Part shown: positions 19,330-28,114 of the stretch, piece by piece
How the letters are laid out: every line of letters begins with the position of its first letter
Numbering within the stretch: the stretch's first letter is position 1
Source: a candidate division Kazan bacterium RIFCSPLOWO2_01_FULL_48_13
GTDB taxonomy: Bacteria; Patescibacteriota; Kazan-3B-28; UBA10110
Length of the DNA: 64,000 nt
Assembly (NCBI GenBank): GCA_001771275.1
Contig: METE01000001.1
Coordinates: 55,158 to 119,157, forward strand
Direction of reading: 5' to 3'
Translations under genes and position numbers: made by a program
Notes under the pieces: model-generated
Told to the model about the DNA's origin: nothing
The model's database searches: none
The model's input: only the letters and a program-made list of their open reading frames with translations

Positions 19330-20982
19330 TTACTTACTGCGTTTCTTTTTGTTGGATTTTGGCTTAGCTACCGATTTGGTTGATGGAGCAGCCTTTTTAG
19401 TCACCCGTTTAGGTTTAACGGTTGTCTTATGCGCAATTGGCACTAATATCTCTTGGCCAGCCCGCAAGCGATATGGCGGCCGAAGATTATTTAACCGAAC
19501 AATTTCTTGAATGCTAATACCAGCAAACTCGGAAATATCGTAGATGGTGTCACCCTTTTCGGCCACCAACGCCTCCATTGCCACCGTCGGCACTCCCCCT
19601 TTCGTCATTCTGGGGAGTGAAGCGACTCCAGAATCTTGAGATTCTGGATGCGGTCCGATGAGTCGGACCTTACCAGAATGACGAGCGGTGGAGACAACAC
19701 CCATGTTACGGCGGCGGAAGCGAATCTTACCCAACAACGCACCAACAAACTTCAAATCGGTTAGCCATACCTTGCGCTGTTCGGCCTTATAGTAAGCGTT
19801 CCAGTCATCACCCATTGTCAGACGCTCACCCCTACTCATCTGGCCTTGGGGAATTAATAACACATCATCCACATTTAATTCGTACGGCCAGCGAAGCAGA
19901 TTAAACTTAGCTAACTTTTTAGGATGCACGCCATAAAGCTGGGCTACCGACATTAGCGTTTCGCCCTTTTTAACTTTATGTTTTTTGGTGCGGGTATTTA
20001 ACCTGCTTTGGATTAACAACCACAACCAGAGATTACGAATTAACAGCAACAGAATAATCCCGCCGATAAACCATAGAATCTTAATCCACTGAATTATCCA
20101 AAACACATATCGCACATCGATGTACTCATCCTTAACATATTCACCTTTAAAATCCTTTTCACCGTAGTGCAGCCGGAAATCCGCCACAAATCGGCCAAAG
20201 GCTGGCGGGTTTTTCTGCCAGGGCAGCTGAGCGGTAATTTCAGATCCCCTCAGCAACATTCCGATCTCTGCACCACTCTGCGACCCTACCTTGCCAAACA
20301 ATCCTCGCAAAGTTACATCGGCAATAGCATTAAGTTGCACATTGCCGTTATTCTTTAACCGAAGAAAGAAATAGAGTAGGCCGTTGCCAATAGAGTGCCT
20401 GATCTGCTTAACCTCCAACCGCCTTTGGATCTCACCCGGTACTGTTAAATACATCCGCGCCGCTATCCGAGTTACGACTGTCAACTGGCTGCTATTCTTT
20501 TTCTTAGCTCCCAAGGTGCTCGCCTCAGCCGGTTTTTCCAAAACGACTATCCCACCAGGGTGACTACCAACATCAGCATTGTCCGGTACTGTTACTGTAA
20601 AATTCAGAATTTGATTAGATTTAGGTGGTAGAGTCACTTCTGTTTTCTCCAACTCTACCCAAGTGCCAATGTCCTTGTTATCGGCCATGCTACCGATTAA
20701 GGTATAGCCGCCATTTTGAGACACTGCGCCATCTAAGGCCGCTACTATTAAATTAACGGACTTGTTGCCCCGATTTATTACATTGACCCGATCTTTAATT
20801 ACGGTCTTGGCTTCAGCCTCATAAACAAACCAGGACCGATTGGCCGGATAATCTTTGGTGGCTGCCGGCATTACGCCGATACCTCCAGTTTCAACCGCAT
20901 AAGCCATTGGTTGGCCGGACAACAAAAATACCGCTACCAATAGCAGCCAAACAACTACAAAAAGGATTTTTGTTTTTTTCAT
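19330..20982 (-). CDS. DUF916/DUF3324-like (CscA-like) surface protein with TM segment, two LysM domains and a Lys-rich tail; an in-frame repeat insertion lies between the LysM domains
   Basis: Signal peptide; NRSWFVYEAEAKTV...DIGTWVELEKTEVTLPPKSNQILNFTVTVPDNADVGSHPGGIVVLE (DUF916-like); TM FWIIQWIKILWFIGGIILLLLI; LysM 1 HKVKKGETLMSVAQLYGV...LLIPQ; LysM 2 VAEKGDTIYDISEFAGISIQEIVRLNNL...ILVP. Residues RLIGPHPESQDSGVASLPRMTKGG are encoded by the repeat at 19603-19685. Confidence 0.6.
   Translation of the reverse strand: MKKTKILFVVVWLLLVAVFLLSGQPMAYAVETGGIGVMPAATKDYPANRSWFVYEAEAKTVIKDRVNVINRGNKSVNLIVAALDGAVSQNGGYTLIGSMADNKDIGTWVELEKTEVTLPPKSNQILNFTVTVPDNADVGSHPGGIVVLEKPAEASTLGAKKKNSSQLTVVTRIAARMYLTVPGEIQRRLEVKQIRHSIGNGLLYFFLRLKNNGNVQLNAIADVTLRGLFGKVGSQSGAEIGMLLRGSEITAQLPWQKNPPAFGRFVADFRLHYGEKDFKGEYVKDEYIDVRYVFWIIQWIKILWFIGGIILLLLIRNLWLWLLIQSRLNTRTKKHKVKKGETLMSVAQLYGVHPKKLAKFNLLRWPYELNVDDVLLIPQGQMSRGERLTMGDDWNAYYKAEQRKVWLTDLKFVGALLGKIRFRRRNMGVVSTARHSGKVRLIGPHPESQDSGVASLPRMTKGGVPTVAMEALVAEKGDTIYDISEFAGISIQEIVRLNNLRPPYRLRAGQEILVPIAHKTTVKPKRVTKKAAPSTKSVAKPKSNKKKRSK
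19603..19685. repeat. Palindromic repeat element inserted in-frame inside the CDS 19330..20982
   Basis: CGTCATTCTGGGGAGTGAAGCGACTCCAGAATCTTGAGATTCTGGATGCGGTCCGATGAGTCGGACCTTACCAGAATGACGAG. Confidence 0.75.
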
Positions 20983-21028
20983 TCTAAAAATCTGTTCTAC
21001 TGTGTTTTATTATACCATTCCCCTCTGA

Positions 21029-22642
21029 TTAGTTAAGCTTAGTTGTGAGAACTCGACCAAATAGCCAGCAATTATTGTCTTGATATAGTGCTTCCCAGCC
21101 ATCGGAGTTACGCAGAAAATACTGCGCAAATTGACTTTGTTTTTTAATCAAGATTAAATCGGCCTTATATTTATTTAAGATGGCTGTGGTCGGCTCATCC
21201 TCTACCGATAACGAGGTGTACTCCTTGAATAGATTTTGAGTGGGAGTCTGCCAGATTGCCATCCGCCCATCAATAAATACCGGTTTTTCGGGCAGCTGCC
21301 AGATTAGATAACCACCCCAGCCATACTCGTTAAACAAGTTACCAGGCAGGTGATGCTCTTTTATATACTGCACTGCGCCCACTGGATAGCCGGCGGCCCT
21401 GAACAATGATTCTTGATTGGTCGATAGGGGCACCACGCTGAGAGATTGAACATAACCGTAGTATCCCACCCCAATCAATAAGGCAAATCCTATCCAGACC
21501 GATCGAGTATAGTAGCTAATGCCGGCTGGTAGCAATACGGCAACGGCATCGGCTAAGAGTGGTAAAGTAACTAATGGGAATAACGGCATATTTCGCCAGC
21601 TGCTGATAGAAATTACAAAAAATACTATCCCAATAAATATTTTAGTGCCATCCATTTTACGCCAACTCATCAGCACAAATATCGCTAACAAGATTGCATA
21701 GATCAGTAGATTAAAGCCATTAACGCTGCCTAAATCCACCGGTAGCCATTCCGAGATATTAGATTTAACTAAATCGTTAAAGACCGTTCTAACAAATTCC
21801 TCATACACTCGCCAAGTGTATGGATTAACCAGAGTCACCGCACCCGACAACAGACCCACCCAGACTAACTGCCACAACTCTTTAGCCGATAGAAATCCAG
21901 CTCCTTTTGTCATTCCAGACTCGATCTGGAATCCAGGCCTGGATCCTGAATCCGAACTTGGCCCTTGGCCAGTCGATCCAGGATGACAGTTTTGTAATTT
22001 AGGATGACGCCCAGACCGCTTCCATATATACTTAGCCAACTCAAACACTCCAAACGCGCCCATTAAAATTAGCCCAGCCATAAATCCACCATGCAGATTT
22101 ACCCAGATCAGCATCAAGGGGATCAGCCAAAATATTAATTTGTTTTCTGGCTTTTCTCGCCATCGAAATAGAATCCACAAGATAGCCGCCAACCCTAATA
22201 ATGTAATCAGCTGAGGCCGGACTCCCACGATTGGGTAAGCTACTAATATGGCAATCAGTGTGGTCAACACGGTCGCTGGCCAACTAACCCGGGATACCCG
22301 AGAGGCCAATAGATAGGCGGCGACGGCGATCAAGGCAAATAAAACTACTAAAAATAATAGGCCCCAATAATGTGACCCAAGATATAGTAGCACATCAGTT
22401 AGCCACTCGTGCGATATCCACGGATAGCCCGGCATAGTATACGAGTAGCTGTCGCCCCGCGGGACTCCAAATTTTAAGATATCTTCCCCGTTTCTAAGAT
22501 GCCAGCCCAAATCCGGATCACGAGGTGAACGCAAGGTTAATAAAAAAGCCAATGTTAAAGTGAGTGCTATAAACGATCGATCACGCAGAATCGCCACTTT
22601 TGACGAGAATCTATTCATTGCCTGTATTAATAAATTTAACAT
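21029..22642 (-). CDS. Polytopic membrane protein, 'DPDLGWHLRNG' family (putative GT-C-like), with in-frame repeat insertion
   Basis: 537 aa; paralog of 17419 and 43514 (conserved FNEYGWGGYLIWQLPEKPVFIDGRM). The segment ...LQNCHPGSTGQGPSSDSGSRPGFQIESGMTKGAGF... is absent from the paralogs and is encoded by the repeat at 21908-22010. Confidence 0.55.
   Translation of the reverse strand: MLNLLIQAMNRFSSKVAILRDRSFIALTLTLAFLLTLRSPRDPDLGWHLRNGEDILKFGVPRGDSYSYTMPGYPWISHEWLTDVLLYLGSHYWGLLFLVVLFALIAVAAYLLASRVSRVSWPATVLTTLIAILVAYPIVGVRPQLITLLGLAAILWILFRWREKPENKLIFWLIPLMLIWVNLHGGFMAGLILMGAFGVFELAKYIWKRSGRHPKLQNCHPGSTGQGPSSDSGSRPGFQIESGMTKGAGFLSAKELWQLVWVGLLSGAVTLVNPYTWRVYEEFVRTVFNDLVKSNISEWLPVDLGSVNGFNLLIYAILLAIFVLMSWRKMDGTKIFIGIVFFVISISSWRNMPLFPLVTLPLLADAVAVLLPAGISYYTRSVWIGFALLIGVGYYGYVQSLSVVPLSTNQESLFRAAGYPVGAVQYIKEHHLPGNLFNEYGWGGYLIWQLPEKPVFIDGRMAIWQTPTQNLFKEYTSLSVEDEPTTAILNKYKADLILIKKQSQFAQYFLRNSDGWEALYQDNNCWLFGRVLTTKLN
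21908..22010. repeat. Palindromic repeat element inserted in-frame inside the CDS 21029..22642
   Basis: GTCATTCCAGACTCGATCTGGAATCCAGGCCTGGATCCTGAATCCGAACTTGGCCCTTGGCCAGTCGATCCAGGATGACAG...AGGATGACG; same module as 14468-14570. Confidence 0.8.
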
Positions 22643-24281
22643 GATCAGCCTGGGCTAAAAATTCTCTAACGGAAGGTAGAGAGAGGTCATAGTAGGTAAT
22701 ATGACCGATCCGCTCAGGCAATGTAATCGCTGATAATTTATTAGCAACTGGATCATTCCAGTTTTCCCTCACCACCACCATCCAATTATCTCCAGGCGCT
22801 AATTCCAGATCATCCACTAACTCATATCTTTGGCCATAAGCTCTATACCAGTTTTTATGCTCGGGATTAGCTATTCCCCACGCTATCCGCTGGTAGGTAA
22901 CATGGTTCGGAAAATAGTATTGAAAATGCTCTAAGCCCCAATGTATAAATGGTTGATCAATGGCTATAACCGTATTTTGAGGATTAAATTCTTGGTTAAT
23001 AGTCGGTATAAGATTATTCCACAGCCGATCTATCGTATAGATGGTGTAATGAGTTGGTACATTGGGCTCAATAATCTGGCGCCCAGACCTTAAATAAATC
23101 CAGGTGTTGCCGGCGATCAATAATGATATGACACTAATCAGATAGGCAGTTGGCCAAAATCGTTGTGCCGATGGTAGATGAGCTAATAATTGAACCGTTA
23201 CATCAACTAAGATGGTAATTGTTCTGGCAATCAAGATCGTTAGCCCAGGGATGAGTACTAACAAATAACCCGGAAGAGTATAGACACCGAAGATATAGAA
23301 CAAACTGGCCGGCAAAACTAATACTAACCAAAAGTATAAATTGAATAAATTAATCTTGTTGGTGTTAGTTCGCGGGACAGCCAGTAGCGCTAAGAATAGC
23401 ACCAAAGCCGCGCTGGAAAAATTGAAATTGATCAATAAGCCCTTGAATATCATATTAAACTGATCCCACGCAGCGCTTAAGCCATGGTTAAGCGACACGA
23501 ATTTGTCCATCCCGGGCGCTAACAACAGCGCACTAACTGCTGCCCAAAATTTTAACCATCCGCCACTAAGAGCTGCCGCTGGCCAGACCCAACTTAAAGT
23601 AATTAGCCCAATAACCCCCACATTCAAAAGCGCCACTCGCCAACTGCGTTGTCGCCAAATCATCCATAGCCACAACGGCGCCATAAACAATACCGAAGTG
23701 GGCCTAAACCCACCACTAATGGCTAATACCACACTCGCCCACAACGCTAATCGTGGGTTAGCCTTTTTGGTCGATAGAATCTGATACGCTAAATAACCAA
23801 ACCAAGACATAAACAACGCATCGGATAAATAGTTGAGTGCTACTTGGCCGTAGAACCAAACTACTGGCGCTGATATAAACATCGACACCGCCACCCACGC
23901 CGTTGGCTGGCCATATATTTTTTTGGCTAAATAATAGAGGGTATACAGCGCCCCAATTGAGAAGATGATGCTAACAATAATGAGAGCAGTATTAGCATCT
24001 CCCATTAACCAATAGATTGGTTTAGTAAACAGAATGTACAACGCGTAGCCCATTGGATGAGGCCGGTGGATTGACACATCGTATTTATCTAAGGCTAAAG
24101 CGTATTTGACCGCATCGACCGAATAGAGAAACTGGCTATGACCAACCCAACGGGTAACAATTATGGTAATAGCTAAAATCCCTAACCATAACTGCTCAGG
24201 CTGATTTGCAAACCATTTGTATATAAGTTTTATTGACAGCCGCTGGTTGGCCAATCGTTTTTTACTTAAACCTAACTTCAT
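22611..24281 (-). CDS. Polytopic membrane glycosyltransferase-like protein (GT-C, ArnT/PMT-like)
   Basis: 556 aa, about 12 TM, N-terminal loop with YSVDAVKYALAL; start overlaps the downstream gene by 32 nt. Confidence 0.45.
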   Translation of the reverse strand: MKLGLSKKRLANQRLSIKLIYKWFANQPEQLWLGILAITIIVTRWVGHSQFLYSVDAVKYALALDKYDVSIHRPHPMGYALYILFTKPIYWLMGDANTALIIVSIIFSIGALYTLYYLAKKIYGQPTAWVAVSMFISAPVVWFYGQVALNYLSDALFMSWFGYLAYQILSTKKANPRLALWASVVLAISGGFRPTSVLFMAPLWLWMIWRQRSWRVALLNVGVIGLITLSWVWPAAALSGGWLKFWAAVSALLLAPGMDKFVSLNHGLSAAWDQFNMIFKGLLINFNFSSAALVLFLALLAVPRTNTNKINLFNLYFWLVLVLPASLFYIFGVYTLPGYLLVLIPGLTILIARTITILVDVTVQLLAHLPSAQRFWPTAYLISVISLLIAGNTWIYLRSGRQIIEPNVPTHYTIYTIDRLWNNLIPTINQEFNPQNTVIAIDQPFIHWGLEHFQYYFPNHVTYQRIAWGIANPEHKNWYRAYGQRYELVDDLELAPGDNWMVVVRENWNDPVANKLSAITLPERIGHITYYDLSLPSVREFLAQADHVKFINTGNE

Positions 24282-24493
24282 ATATCTATTCTATCGGTAA
24301 GCGGTGATTTAAAAAAGCGCCCAGCATGATAGTAGGACGCTCGACCGATTGATTCTTACACTGCCCTAATTAGCTCAGAGTGTAAGTAAGTTCCCATAAC
24401 TTTAGGGCGACAGACAAATTGTCTGCCGCCCATTTTTTATATAAAAACAGCCGCTCAGAGATAGCGGCGCTTAGTAAGTCCGATGAGTAATAT

Positions 24494-25081
24494 TTAAGTA
24501 AGGGTAAAGGTAGCTATGCCAGTATAAACACCGGCTGCGTCGGTGCCGGTAACATTCAATAGAAACTCTGAGTTATCATAACCAAACGCGCCACTCGCCT
24601 GAGTAGAGCCATTAAGAATGGTGCTGCCGCCGTCGTTAAGCGGGCCGTCTCCCGACATCAGGGCAACTCGGTTGGTATCTCCCGCTGAGATATTGCGGAT
24701 AGTACCATTATTAGTGATCTTTAGCCGACTGGCCGAGATGATATTGGTACCAGCCTGCATATTATTAGCACTAACGGTCACATTCCATTCAGTGCCGCTA
24801 CCGCGCAAATCAGTAATTTCGACTCCATCTGTTTCTGTGTCACCGACATGAGCCGAGTTACTCTCGCCATAGTTCATCATCGGGAAATTGACGCCTTCTG
24901 GCGCGTTAACAATAGTAAAAGCCCCAGCGTTAACATTAAATGAGACATTAGTTAAATCAGTGTCTGCCCACACCACTCCCAAAGTGTTGCCGATCATCAG
25001 AGCGGCTACCAAAAGGGCAAGACCGCCAAATAGTTGCTGTCTGACCTGATTTTCCGCCTTTTTGAGAATAGTGTTATCCAT
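24494..25081 (-). CDS. Small secreted WxL-like surface protein (csc 'B'-like)
   Basis: N-terminal TM/signal; GTEWNVTVS (WxL-like); extreme C-terminus ...YTGIATFTLT matches the C-terminal motif of 42790, 46502 and 14930. Confidence 0.45.
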   Translation of the reverse strand: MDNTILKKAENQVRQQLFGGLALLVAALMIGNTLGVVWADTDLTNVSFNVNAGAFTIVNAPEGVNFPMMNYGESNSAHVGDTETDGVEITDLRGSGTEWNVTVSANNMQAGTNIISASRLKITNNGTIRNISAGDTNRVALMSGDGPLNDGGSTILNGSTQASGAFGYDNSEFLLNVTGTDAAGVYTGIATFTLT

Positions 25082-25428
25082 TGCTTTTTAGGGGTTGTTT
25101 TTAACCTGTTATCTTATTATATCACTATATAAACAACCTGTCAAGAGATATATTCTACCCTCTCGACCGGTTCAGTGATCGCCCAAAATGAGACCCCTCC
25201 TTGATGATGTCCACCCATGACATTTAAACTGCTCTCATTAAAACATAAATAGTTTTTTGCTGTCAAACATTTTGTAAAAAATAATGTGGATAATTATTAG
25301 GTTTAACACACTTCATAAATATTTCCGCTATACTTGATTGGGAATAAGTTTGATAATCCACCATCGGGGCGTGGCCTATCCCCAAAGGGGCCCCTTCGGG
25401 GTAGCATTATTCGATGGAGGGTTATGGC

Positions 25429-25503
25429 CGGGGCGTAGCGCAGTGGTAGCGCGCCGCGTTTGGGACGCGGAGGTCGCAGGTTCGACTCCTGTCGCCCCGA
25501 CCA
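25429..25503 (+). tRNA. tRNA-Pro (anticodon TGG)
   Basis: Hand fold: acceptor CGGGGCG/CGCCCCG, anticodon stem CCGCG/CGCGG with loop TTTGGGA, T-arm GCAGG-TTCGACT-CCTGT, encoded CCA. Confidence 0.85.
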
Positions 25504-25589
25504 TAACTCTTTCATCTGGCGGTCCGACTGGTCGGACAGGCTCGCCCCGAAGCACATCGGGGCGCACCCCGACCATAAAAATATCATCA

Positions 25590-25660
25590 CCCCTCCACTT
25601 CATTCCGTCATTCTGGCAAATCCGTCAGCTGACGGATGCGTCCAGAATCTTTACAATGAA
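25590..25660. repeat. Palindromic repeat module (GTCATTCTGGCAAATCCGTCAGCTGACGGATGCGTCCAGAATC) immediately upstream of the GIY-YIG gene
   Basis: Same hairpin module as at 14800-14850, 19140-19190 and 26090-26140. Confidence 0.75.
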
Positions 25661-25663
25661 CTC

Positions 25664-25975
25664 ATGATTAAGGGAGGGTTTGTTTATATTATGGGGAGTT
25701 ATAAATTAACTCTGTACACAGGGGTAACCAATAATTTAATTCGTAGGGTATACGAACATAAATACAGCTTGGTTCCTGGATTTACAGCTAAATACAAATG
25801 CCACAATTTACTTTATTACGAGACCTCTGATTTTATAGAGCCTGCTATTATTCGAGAAAAGCAAATTAAGGATTTAAATCGAATCGATAAGATTAAACTA
25901 ATTAAAACCATCAACCCCAACTTAGAGGATTTGTACTCACAGATTCTGGGCGCGTCTGCTGACTTGCCAGAATGA
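25664..25975 (+). CDS. GIY-YIG nuclease family protein (small, YhbQ/COG2827-like)
   Basis: FVYIMGSYKLTLYTGVTNNLIRRVYEHK...LLYYE...AIIREKQIK; start taken at Met69 of the ORF-track entry. The stop codon lies inside a 60-bp unit that is tandemly duplicated downstream. Confidence 0.75.
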   Translation: MIKGGFVYIMGSYKLTLYTGVTNNLIRRVYEHKYSLVPGFTAKYKCHNLLYYETSDFIEPAIIREKQIKDLNRIDKIKLIKTINPNLEDLYSQILGASADLPE

Positions 25976-26420
25976 CGATATTAAGAGGATTTGTACTCAC
26001 AGATTCTGGGCGCGTCTGCTGACTTGCCAGAATGACGATAGAGAAATTCGGAATAATAAGACGGCGACTCAGAACGAAAAAATAAACCGTCATTCTGGTA
26101 AGTCCGTCAGCTGACGGACGCATCCAGAATCTTATATACAATTCTGGACAACTTAGAATGACGAGGAGGGTAGGATGACGATATTAAGAGGATTTGTATT
26201 CACAGATTCTGGGCGCGTCTGCTGACTTGCCAGAATGACGATGAAGAAAGATTCTGGATCACCGCTTTCGCGGGGATGACGATGAGAAGTAAACGGCGTC
26301 AATTATACGATCCTGGACGAAGCCAGGATGACGCCACAAGGTAAACGGCGTCAATTATACGATCCTGGACGAAGCCAGGATGACGCCACAAGGTAAACGG
26401 CGTCAATTATCACCTGTGAG
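25921..26420. repeat. Tandem and mosaic repeat array downstream of the GIY-YIG gene
   Basis: 60-bp unit TTAAGAGGATTTGTACTCACAGATTCTGGGCGCGTCTGCTGACTTGCCAGAATGACGATA x2 (25921-26040), with a third copy at about 26183. 54-bp unit GTAAACGGCGTCAATTATACGATCCTGGACGAAGCCAGGATGACGCCACAAG x2.4 (26289-26420). TCCGTCAGCTGACGGA hairpin at 26100. Confidence 0.8.
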
Positions 26421-26508
26421 TATGGGTTTTTGGTATAAAAAGGTTTACGCATCGCCCCCATACTCCTATACTTTTTTTGTTAATAGAGATTTAAATTCTA
26501 AGGAATAA

Positions 26509-27840
26509 ATGGCAGAAGAAAATCAGCCGCCGGGGGAAGACAAGAAGAAATTTTTATTCGTTTCGTACGACGCGTTAATCACCGATATCGCTTGGCAGGT
26601 TACCAAAGAAGGTCACGAAGTTAAATATTACATTGATAACAAAGAAGAAGCCGACATCGCTGACGGTTTTGTTAATAAATCGACCGATTGGAAGACGGAT
26701 GTCGATTGGGCAGATGTAATTGTATTTGACGATGTGTTGGGTTTTGGCACCGAAGCCGACAAGCTGCGCAAACAAGGGAAACTGGTAGTCGGCGGCACGC
26801 CGTACAGCGATAAATTAGAAGACGATCGCAGTTTTGGCCAAGAAGAGTTAAAGAAGCAAGGGATCAATATTATCCCCTACCGCGACTTTACCGATTTTGG
26901 CGAAGCGATCGAATACATTAAACAAAACCCAGACGAATATGTGATCAAGCCCAGCGGTGAGGCCCAGAACTACAAGGGTTTACTTTTTGTTGGTGTAGAA
27001 AAAGACGGCAGCGATGTTATTAGAATGCTCGAAGCCTACAAGCGGGTGTGGTCCGAGGTGATCAAAGTCTTTCAACTGCAGAAGCGGGTGAGCGGCATCG
27101 AGGTAGCGGTCGGCGCGTTCTTCAACGGCCGTAAATTCATCTATCCGATCAATGTCAACTTCGAGCATAAAAAGCTCTTCCCCGGCAACATCGGCCCCTC
27201 CACCGGTGAGATGGGCACCTCGATGTTTTGGAGCGATCCCAATCGGCTATTTAACAGCACCCTATTAAAGATGGAGGCCGCCTTGGCCGCCGATAACTAT
27301 GTTGGCTATATCGACCTCAACTGTATCGTTAATGGCTACGGTATCTACCCGTTAGAGTTCACCTCGCGGTTTGGCTACCCCACTATCAGCATCCAGCAGG
27401 AAGGGATGATTACCCCCATCGGCGAGTTTCTCTACGCGCTGGCGGCTGGCCAGGATGTTCAGCTTAAAACTAAGAAGGGGTTTCAGATCGGCGCTCGAGT
27501 AGTGGTGGCCCCGTTCCCCTTCCGCGACAAAAAGACCTTCGAGCAGGATTCGAAAGGCACCACCATCGTCTTCAAAAATAAGAATGGCAAAGACCCGGAA
27601 GGCATTCACATCGAAGATATCAAACTGGTCAATGGCGAGTGGGTAGTCACCGGTTCATCCGGAACTGCGCTAATCGTGGTCGGTACCGGTCTGTCGATGA
27701 AACAGGCCCAGCAGCAGATGTATAATCGCATCCAGAATATTGTCCTGCCCAATATGTACTACCGCGACGATATCGGCGACCGGTGGCAGGAGGAGGATAG
27801 CGACCGGCTGCACAGCTGGGGCTACCTCCGCGAACAATAA
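26509..27840 (+). CDS. ATP-grasp enzyme, phosphoribosylamine--glycine ligase (PurD)-like
   Basis: PGNIGPSTGEMGTS resembles PurD GPNTGGMG; C-terminal YYRDDIG resembles PurD (F/Y)R(K/D)DIG; 443 aa. Confidence 0.45.
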   Translation: MAEENQPPGEDKKKFLFVSYDALITDIAWQVTKEGHEVKYYIDNKEEADIADGFVNKSTDWKTDVDWADVIVFDDVLGFGTEADKLRKQGKLVVGGTPYSDKLEDDRSFGQEELKKQGINIIPYRDFTDFGEAIEYIKQNPDEYVIKPSGEAQNYKGLLFVGVEKDGSDVIRMLEAYKRVWSEVIKVFQLQKRVSGIEVAVGAFFNGRKFIYPINVNFEHKKLFPGNIGPSTGEMGTSMFWSDPNRLFNSTLLKMEAALAADNYVGYIDLNCIVNGYGIYPLEFTSRFGYPTISIQQEGMITPIGEFLYALAAGQDVQLKTKKGFQIGARVVVAPFPFRDKKTFEQDSKGTTIVFKNKNGKDPEGIHIEDIKLVNGEWVVTGSSGTALIVVGTGLSMKQAQQQMYNRIQNIVLPNMYYRDDIGDRWQEEDSDRLHSWGYLREQ

Positions 27841-28114
27841 CGGGTTACTGCGCCCATCATCGCTCCGTCATGCTGAATTTAGCTCAGCATCTTCCTATTA
27901 TTCTTTTGCTACCATTTTGCTCGTCCAAAACGGTAGCGCCAAAAGGACGGCCAGTCGTCAGAACTATCAATTGGCTAAATCCTTGGGCGCTCTCGCTGAA
28001 CTCGTCGTTACACTCCTCAAACAACAGCTCCACCCAACCAGGATTTAGCTCAATTGAGGACATTCCTCCTCCGATGGCGTAAAAGTCCACAGAAAGAACT
28101 GTTATAATCGGATT

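Noticed and set aside
25492-25574. 12-bp duplicate of the tRNA-Pro 3' end (CCCCGACCATAA at 25495 and 25563) as an integration attachment site for the GIY-YIG/repeat block
   Set aside because: The duplicate is only 12 bp and about 60 bp away. It is too short to distinguish from chance, and no integrase is nearby.
25303-25667. Three overlapping ORFs (95, 109 and 75 aa) around 25.3-25.7 kb
   Set aside because: They overlap tRNA-Pro and the palindromic repeat, have low-complexity Arg/Pro/Gly-rich composition, and are not protein-like.
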